NCBI GenBank assembly: GCA_046269235.1
Contig: JBJZOS010000004.1
Location: forward strand, 24,048-88,047
Source: Chryseobacterium sp. TY3
GTDB taxonomy: Bacteria > Bacteroidota > Bacteroidia > Flavobacteriales > Weeksellaceae
Direction of reading: 5' to 3'
Length of the DNA: 64,000 nucleotides
Numbering within the stretch: position 1 is the stretch's first letter; each line of letters opens with the position of its first letter. Shown piece by piece: positions 58,280 to 64,000 of this stretch. Both the position numbers and the translations under genes were made by a program. The notes under the pieces are model-generated. The model was not told where the DNA came from. It did not search any database and saw only the letters and a program-made list of their open reading frames with translations.

Positions 58280-59392
58280 ATGGACAAGATAGTTTTTGTA
58301 CAAAATATGGATTTTGAATCTTTCTTTGTATTAAAGATGGTCCTTGGTTTCATTATTTCTTTTTTGCTGACTTATTTTACGATACCTTCTATTATAAAGA
58401 TTTCGCGCCGAAAAAATTTGATGGATGAGCCTACTATGAGAAGTTCGCATCAAAGAAAAATCCCAAATCTTGGGGGAATTGCGATTTTTTTTGCGCTTGG
58501 TGCTTGTGCTCCAATTTTCGCCTACGAATTGTTCGATCAGTATAAGTTTTTGTTTGCTTCTCTTGTGATACTTTTCTTTGTTGGTATTGCTGATGATATT
58601 GTTGTAATGAGGGCTTATAAAAAATTAATTGCGCAGATAATAGTTTCGGTATTGATGGTAGTAGGTTCTGACGTTAGGATTAGAAGTTTTTTTGGACTCT
58701 TCGGTATTTTTGAACTTAATTATTACTTCAGTATTTTTTTTAGTGTTTTAACTTTTATTGTTTTAATAAATGCTTTTAACTTAATTGACGGTATAGATGG
58801 ACTTGCAGGAGGGTATAGTATTTTATCTAGCGGTCTTTTCGCCATTAGTTTTTATCGATTGGGAGAGTATAATTTTCCTCTAGTTGTTTTTTGTGTCATT
58901 ATTATTGGCTCGGTATCAGGTTTTTTAAGGTATAACCTGTCAAATGTGCGTGATAACAAAATATTTATGGGCGATACTGGCTCTATGATTTTGGGTTTTT
59001 TGTTAGCTTTTACAGCAATTAACTTTATAGATGTGTTTATAGACAAAGGAGATTTCACCAAGCCGCATTATCATTTGCTTTCAGCGCCTGTCATTGCTCT
59101 TTCGATTTTAATAATACCAATTGCTGATACATTTTCAGTTATCCTTATTAGGCTTATGAAGCGCAAATCTTTGTTGAAGCCAGATAAAAATCACCTGCAT
59201 CATAGACTGCTAGAGTTGAATTTAACACATCGCCGTGCGACTTTGGCAATATGTACAATTTATTTATTGGTAATTGCTACTGTATATTTTTTAAGACAAA
59301 TGAATGTTAATTTGTTATTTTTGATTGTGTTTTCGATTGGGATGTTTTTATCCTTTTTACCTTTCTTATTAAAAAAACTTTTTGATAAATAA
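58280..59392 (+). CDS. Polyprenyl-phosphate N-acetylhexosamine-1-phosphate transferase (WecA/MraY-like, GT4 family)
   Basis: 10-11 TM helices, the NLIDGIDGLAGG motif and the DDxxD-like motif (GIADDIV). Confidence 0.8.
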   Translation: MDKIVFVQNMDFESFFVLKMVLGFIISFLLTYFTIPSIIKISRRKNLMDEPTMRSSHQRKIPNLGGIAIFFALGACAPIFAYELFDQYKFLFASLVILFFVGIADDIVVMRAYKKLIAQIIVSVLMVVGSDVRIRSFFGLFGIFELNYYFSIFFSVLTFIVLINAFNLIDGIDGLAGGYSILSSGLFAISFYRLGEYNFPLVVFCVIIIGSVSGFLRYNLSNVRDNKIFMGDTGSMILGFLLAFTAINFIDVFIDKGDFTKPHYHLLSAPVIALSILIIPIADTFSVILIRLMKRKSLLKPDKNHLHHRLLELNLTHRRATLAICTIYLLVIATVYFLRQMNVNLLFLIVFSIGMFLSFLPFLLKKLFDK

Positions 59393-59398
59393 TTATAT

Positions 59399-60277
59399 TT
59401 GATTATGATGCGGAAATTATATTTATACCTCTTTTTGTTGCTTCTGATAGTGAGTTCTTGTGTTTCCAGAAAGGATATTACTTATCTTCAGCCGAGCGCA
59501 AGCTTAACAATAAATGAGGATGGTCTTATCCCTTATAACATTCAAGAATATCGTATAACAAAGAATGATATTTTAGGTCTTAACATTATCACCACGCCAA
59601 AAGGTGATGCTGCACAATTTTATTCTAGTTATAATGTTTCAGCAGGTGGCGAGTCTGGCGCTACAGGATTGAATCCTGCCACGGGTGGCGGTTCCTCAAG
59701 TAATTCCGGAGGAGCAACTAACTTAGGTAATTCAAGATTTTATTTTAACGGAATAAAGGTTGATTCTAAAGGTGATATTTATGTTTTTGGTATAGGTTTT
59801 ATAAAAGCTGAGGGCCGAACTTTAGAAGATATAGGTCACGAAATTCAGACGAAAGTTAATGAGAACTTTTTAGATGGAAAATCAGAAGTTCGCGTTACTA
59901 TCGATGGGATTAACTATTATATTCTTGGCGACATGGAGAGCACTGACCTAACTGGTGCAAAAAAAGCGCATGTACAACAGCTTAATATATTAGAAGCTCT
60001 ATCTGCAAATAGTGGTCTGAACAGAACCATAGACAGGAAAAATATTACACTTCTTCGTAAATATCCTGAAGGTATAAAACGTGTTAAGCTGGACTTAACC
60101 CGAGAAGATGTGATGAATTCACCTTACTTTTGGCTGCAGAATGGAGATATGATTATGTTAAGTACAAATAAGAAAGCAATTTCTGGTTTTGGAAAAGAAC
60201 CTCTACAGAGTTTATCAACAGGTGTTACTTTGTTGACTACGGTCTTGTCTATTTATTTGATTTTTACCAAGTTATAA
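59399..60277 (+). CDS. Polysaccharide export protein (Wza-like outer-membrane lipoprotein)
   Basis: Lipoprotein signal (LIVSSCVS). The YRITKNDILGLNI motif is typical of the Poly_export domain. It lies directly upstream of the Wzc-like gene. Confidence 0.7.
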   Translation: MIMMRKLYLYLFLLLLIVSSCVSRKDITYLQPSASLTINEDGLIPYNIQEYRITKNDILGLNIITTPKGDAAQFYSSYNVSAGGESGATGLNPATGGGSSSNSGGATNLGNSRFYFNGIKVDSKGDIYVFGIGFIKAEGRTLEDIGHEIQTKVNENFLDGKSEVRVTIDGINYYILGDMESTDLTGAKKAHVQQLNILEALSANSGLNRTIDRKNITLLRKYPEGIKRVKLDLTREDVMNSPYFWLQNGDMIMLSTNKKAISGFGKEPLQSLSTGVTLLTTVLSIYLIFTKL

Positions 60278-60278
60278 T

Positions 60279-62771
60279 ATGATCCCAGATAATAATAAAA
60301 AACAAGTCGAGGTTGAAGAAGAAGTTAAATCGAAATCATTTAGCTTGTTTGATCCTATGCATTTTGTACATAGGTTATTAAAAAATTGGTACTGGTTTGT
60401 AATTCTAGGACTTATAGGTTATGCTATTGCTTTCTTGTATAGTAAATATTATGCGCAAAGAGTCTATGAGTCGAATTTGTCGCTGAGTATTTCTAATAAT
60501 ACAGCAAGTTATTTTACACCCAATCAATCTATTAATTTTATTTGGGGACAAGGGGGCAATCAAGATGGGGTCTATATTAAAAAGATTTTACTTTCCAGAA
60601 GTCTTAACGAATATTTGGTTAACAAGCTGGATCTTTATACCAATTACACCACAAAAGGGTTAATAAAGCAGACTTACTTGGACCAAGATGATTCTCCAGT
60701 GATTTTAAAATTGGACAAAAGTCATGCTCAACAAGTTAATTATCAGATTACACTTATCCCAAAAGGAAATGATAAATATGAAGTTGTGCTTCCAGAAGAT
60801 GGCAAGTCAACAACGCTTTACAATTATCAAACAGAAAGTTATGAAACGATACCCGATTATCCACAGCCTCAAAATAAAATTATAGGTATTGATGAATGGT
60901 ATACCTCTCCGAATTTAAGATTTAAGCTAGAAAAAAATCCGAATCCTTCTTCGATTAAATTCGATAATATTAATATAACATTATTGGCTATTAATACCGC
61001 AGTTAATGGTATTGTATCAACACTTTCTGTACGTTTTGATCAAGAATTGCCATCTATTATGATTATTAGCAAAAAAGGATATAATCTTAATGGGACTGTT
61101 AGGTTTCTAAATATTGCTGTCGATGAGCTTATCAAAAAAAGACTAGAAGATACGAATACCGTTGACAAAAACACATTAGAATACCTAGCTAAAAATATCG
61201 ATAAAGTAAGAAAAAAATTAGACTCTAGCGCAGCCTATCTTAACCATATTAAAGTTAGTAACAGACTATATGATTTTAAAGGCTTAGATTCTAAAACCTT
61301 TGACAAACTTAAAGAAATAGAAACGAAAAAAGCAGAGCTTTTATCCAAAGTTAAAAATCTTGACCAAGTCCGAAATGTTGTTAACTCGAACAATATTGAG
61401 AAAATTATTAACATCAGCAGTGCAGGGATAGAAGACGGCGTATTTTCTGCTACGGTTTCTGAGCTCAAAGCACTTTATGCAAAGCGTAGAGAAATGGCGA
61501 AAATCTACACGCCCAATTCTGAGCCAATGCGTGAAATCAACAGATTGATTAACGAAGCAAAACTGAATTCAGTCGGTGGCTTACGTCAATATTATGCCAC
61601 ATTCGATCAACAAATGAATGATCTAGATGTAGAATTAAATAGTCTTGAAGGAAGTCTAGCAACTTTGCCAGAAAAGCAACGTTTATATCTGGATGCCGAA
61701 AGAGGTTACAACATTATAGAATCAACATACAATTCACTTTTGACAGAGCAAGCAAAAGCCCAAATGAGAATTGTATCAAATAAAAGTAACTTAACAATAA
61801 TTGATAAAGCGAAAAATCTAGGACAAGGGCCTATCGCTCCCAATGTCGAAATCGTGAAAAGCGCGATTATCGGTGGATTATTGATTATTCCGTTATTGCT
61901 CATTGCATTGTCAGAAGTTTTAGACAATCGCGTAAGAAATATCAAAGAAGTTGTAGGTGTAACCAAAATGCCGTTGTTAGGTGTTATTGGAAAAAATACA
62001 GATGATAGCAATCTTAGCGTTTTGGACCGTCCAAAATCTTCTATTGCAGAAGCATTCCGAGGCGTACGCGCCAATCTTAAATTTTTATTCGATGAGGCCA
62101 AACCCAGCAAAGTTATCTTGGTAACATCCTCCATTAGTGGAGAAGGGAAAACTTATAACTCGATGAATTTGGCAACTGTCTTAGCCATAAGTGGAAAGAA
62201 GACGGTCTTATTGGGAATGGACCTTAGAAAACCAAAAATATTTGGAGATTTCAAAATCAATAATAAAAGTGGTATTTCCAATTATTTAACGGGAGAATCA
62301 TCTTTAGACCAGATTGTTAATAAGACCCAGATTGCAAGTTTGGATGTTATAACTTCTGGACCTATTCCGCCTAATCCTTCGGAGCTTTTATTAAGTGAGA
62401 AAAATCAAAAATTATTGGAGGAACTTAAAAAACAGTATGAATATATTGTCATAGACTCGCCGCCTGTGGGACTCGTAGCAGATGCGTTTGAGTTGATGAA
62501 GCATGCCGATGCAACCATATACGTGGTAAGACATGAGTATACAGAAAAGTATATGCTTAATCTAATTAAGGATAAATTAGCTAAAAAAGAGGTTTCTCAT
62601 ATTGGACTTATCTATAACGACTACGAAGCTAAACAAGGCTACGGCTACGGCTATGGTTATGGCTACGGCTATGGTTATGGCTATGGTTATTTTGAAGAAG
62701 ATGCAGATTACAAAGAGCCAGGTATTATTAAGTTAAGAAATAAAATACGTAAGCTTTTTAAAAGGAACTAG
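60279..62771 (+). CDS. Polysaccharide co-polymerase / tyrosine autokinase (Wzc-like) with a C-terminal (GY)9 tail
   Basis: Two TM helices flank a large periplasmic coiled-coil domain. The cytoplasmic kinase has a Walker A motif (SSISGEGKTYNS), a Walker B region (VIDSPP), and ends in QGYGYGYGYGYGYGYGYGYF, a Tyr cluster. Confidence 0.85.
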   Translation: MIPDNNKKQVEVEEEVKSKSFSLFDPMHFVHRLLKNWYWFVILGLIGYAIAFLYSKYYAQRVYESNLSLSISNNTASYFTPNQSINFIWGQGGNQDGVYIKKILLSRSLNEYLVNKLDLYTNYTTKGLIKQTYLDQDDSPVILKLDKSHAQQVNYQITLIPKGNDKYEVVLPEDGKSTTLYNYQTESYETIPDYPQPQNKIIGIDEWYTSPNLRFKLEKNPNPSSIKFDNINITLLAINTAVNGIVSTLSVRFDQELPSIMIISKKGYNLNGTVRFLNIAVDELIKKRLEDTNTVDKNTLEYLAKNIDKVRKKLDSSAAYLNHIKVSNRLYDFKGLDSKTFDKLKEIETKKAELLSKVKNLDQVRNVVNSNNIEKIINISSAGIEDGVFSATVSELKALYAKRREMAKIYTPNSEPMREINRLINEAKLNSVGGLRQYYATFDQQMNDLDVELNSLEGSLATLPEKQRLYLDAERGYNIIESTYNSLLTEQAKAQMRIVSNKSNLTIIDKAKNLGQGPIAPNVEIVKSAIIGGLLIIPLLLIALSEVLDNRVRNIKEVVGVTKMPLLGVIGKNTDDSNLSVLDRPKSSIAEAFRGVRANLKFLFDEAKPSKVILVTSSISGEGKTYNSMNLATVLAISGKKTVLLGMDLRKPKIFGDFKINNKSGISNYLTGESSLDQIVNKTQIASLDVITSGPIPPNPSELLLSEKNQKLLEELKKQYEYIVIDSPPVGLVADAFELMKHADATIYVVRHEYTEKYMLNLIKDKLAKKEVSHIGLIYNDYEAKQGYGYGYGYGYGYGYGYGYFEEDADYKEPGIIKLRNKIRKLFKRN

Positions 62772-62958
62772 TGACGCCGAGATTGCAATTAGAAACTGTG
62801 TTTTTGAATGATTTAATAAATTTTTTAAATAGTTGCGTTATTTAATTAACTTATTTTAATGAGATCAATTGTTTTTTAACGAAATTTTAAGAAGTTTCCT
62901 AACCTAAAAATGTGTTATATTTGCACCAATTTTTAGGGAGAAATTATCCCCAAAGAAT

Positions 62959-63720
62959 ATGAGACTAAGATTTTTTTATACTTTTTTCCTAGCAATTGTA
63001 GCCCTTTTTAGTACCAATACTATTAAGGCGCAAAGACATGAAATTGGTGTGCAAGCAGGGATGAGTAACCTTGTGGGCGATATTGGCCGTACAGGTTTTA
63101 TATTGCAAAAACCAATACTTGACAAAAAACTTGCTCTAGGGGTTCCGTTATATATTGGTGCTATTTATCGTCTCAATGTTAATCATCAACAATCTATTAG
63201 GCTTAGTGCAGGATATAGTAATGTGCAGTTTAGTGATTTGCACGCTGCCGAAAATTATAGACGAATGAGAAAACTTTATGGTAATAACTCTGTTTATCAT
63301 GCTGATTTAACATTTGAATATTATTTTTTCGATATAAACGATGAGCATAAAAGTAAAGTGAGTCCTTATGTTTTTGCTGGGATAGGAGGTATGATGTTTA
63401 ATGTTGTTAAATTAACAGATTTGCAAGATAAAAATGGTGTACCACAACCAACCTACGATTCTGCTAAAAAAATGTCTATGGACTTACCCTTTGGTATAGG
63501 ACTTAAGTATAAATTCAATTATAATTGGGCATTGTCTGCAGAGGCGACTTTTAGACAGACTTTCTCAGACGCCATAGATTATAGCACGATTGTTTCTAAT
63601 GTGGAAGGTGTGCCAGATACTTTCCGACAAATAGGAAACCCAAACTCTAACGACTGGGTTAACTCTGCAACAATTATTTTATCATATTCATTTGGACGAC
63701 CGCCTTGTTATTGTAAGTAA
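62959..63720 (+). CDS. Outer-membrane beta-barrel protein (DUF6089/OmpA-like barrel)
   Basis: Signal peptide, alternating hydrophobic beta-strand pattern, C-terminal aromatic residue. Confidence 0.5.
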   Translation: MRLRFFYTFFLAIVALFSTNTIKAQRHEIGVQAGMSNLVGDIGRTGFILQKPILDKKLALGVPLYIGAIYRLNVNHQQSIRLSAGYSNVQFSDLHAAENYRRMRKLYGNNSVYHADLTFEYYFFDINDEHKSKVSPYVFAGIGGMMFNVVKLTDLQDKNGVPQPTYDSAKKMSMDLPFGIGLKYKFNYNWALSAEATFRQTFSDAIDYSTIVSNVEGVPDTFRQIGNPNSNDWVNSATIILSYSFGRPPCYCK

Positions 63721-63724
63721 TCAC

Positions 63725-64000
63725 ATGTCAGATTTAAAAGGAAAAATAGATAAGGCGAATTTGCCGCAACATGTTGCTATCATTATGGATGGTAATGGTC
63801 GCTGGGCAAAAACAAGAGGTGAACAAAGAACTTTTGGACATCGTAATGCTATAGAGGCTGTTCGTAATGCGATTAATGCGTGTAACGAAATTGAGATTCC
63901 TTATCTTACATTATATACTTTTTCAACAGAAAATTGGAAGCGTCCAACCGACGAAGTCGATACATTGATGTCTCTATTGTCAGAATCTTTGCTTAACGAG
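63725..64000 (+). CDS. uppS: Isoprenyl transferase / undecaprenyl diphosphate synthase, N-terminal part; the 3' end lies beyond the window
   Basis: [17 protein letters not shown]...[10 protein letters not shown]...[14 protein letters not shown] are the canonical cis-prenyltransferase motifs. Confidence 0.88.
   Translation, partial: MSDLKGKIDKANLPQHVAIIMDGNGRWAKTRGEQRTFGHRNAIEAVRNAINACNEIEIPYLTLYTFSTENWKRPTDEVDTLMSLLSESLLNE

Overview
This looks like a low-GC (~35%) chromosomal segment from a Bacteroidota bacterium, probably class Flavobacteriia. That guess rests on gene content: a fused CcoNO cbb3 oxidase, Bacteroidetes-type -7 promoter boxes (TAnnTTTG), a DUF5694 protein next to TonB-dependent receptors, and an HU-HIG-type HU protein. 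The core content, in order, is:
- the 3' end of a phosphohexomutase (GlmM-like) gene and a TPR protein;
- a Leu-Gly-Leu tRNA cluster with a small Hc1 histone-like gene;
- ypfJ, ribH and apt;
- a RapZ-C/nucleotidyltransferase/LOG operon;
- a complete cbb3-type cytochrome oxidase locus (ccoI-ccoS-ccoNO-ccoQ-ccoP-ccoG-ccoH-tauE) with a divergent Crp/Fnr regulator;
- panB and an RluA-family pseudouridine synthase;
- two tandem TonB-dependent receptors plus DUF5694, with a divergent LytS/LytTR two-component system;
- an operon of SPFH/SHOCT protein, zinc-ribbon protein and a small membrane protein;
- an ECF sigma factor;
- two aconitases (AcnA-type and AcnB) almost adjacent;
- a TPP-riboswitch-controlled TonB-dependent receptor;
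- a capsule/EPS locus (GT2, WecA-like, Wza, Wzc with a (GY)9 tail) and uppS.
The most unusual part is a small accessory island at about 49.6-53.8 kb. It holds an HU gene, a small secreted-protein gene frameshifted in a T10 homopolymer, and a 5'-truncated REP-associated tyrosine transposase (RAYT) flanked by inverted GC-rich REP-like repeats. It also holds a roughly 560-codon secreted, collagen-like and toxin-like gene broken by two in-frame stops and one frameshift, followed by a small membrane protein that could be an immunity protein. Other decay signatures are a degraded HWE-type histidine-kinase pseudogene next to the tRNA cluster and a ~200-bp duplicated fragment of the LytS-like kinase gene. 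A heptanucleotide tandem repeat sits between the kinase and response-regulator genes. No CRISPR array or rRNA gene was seen.
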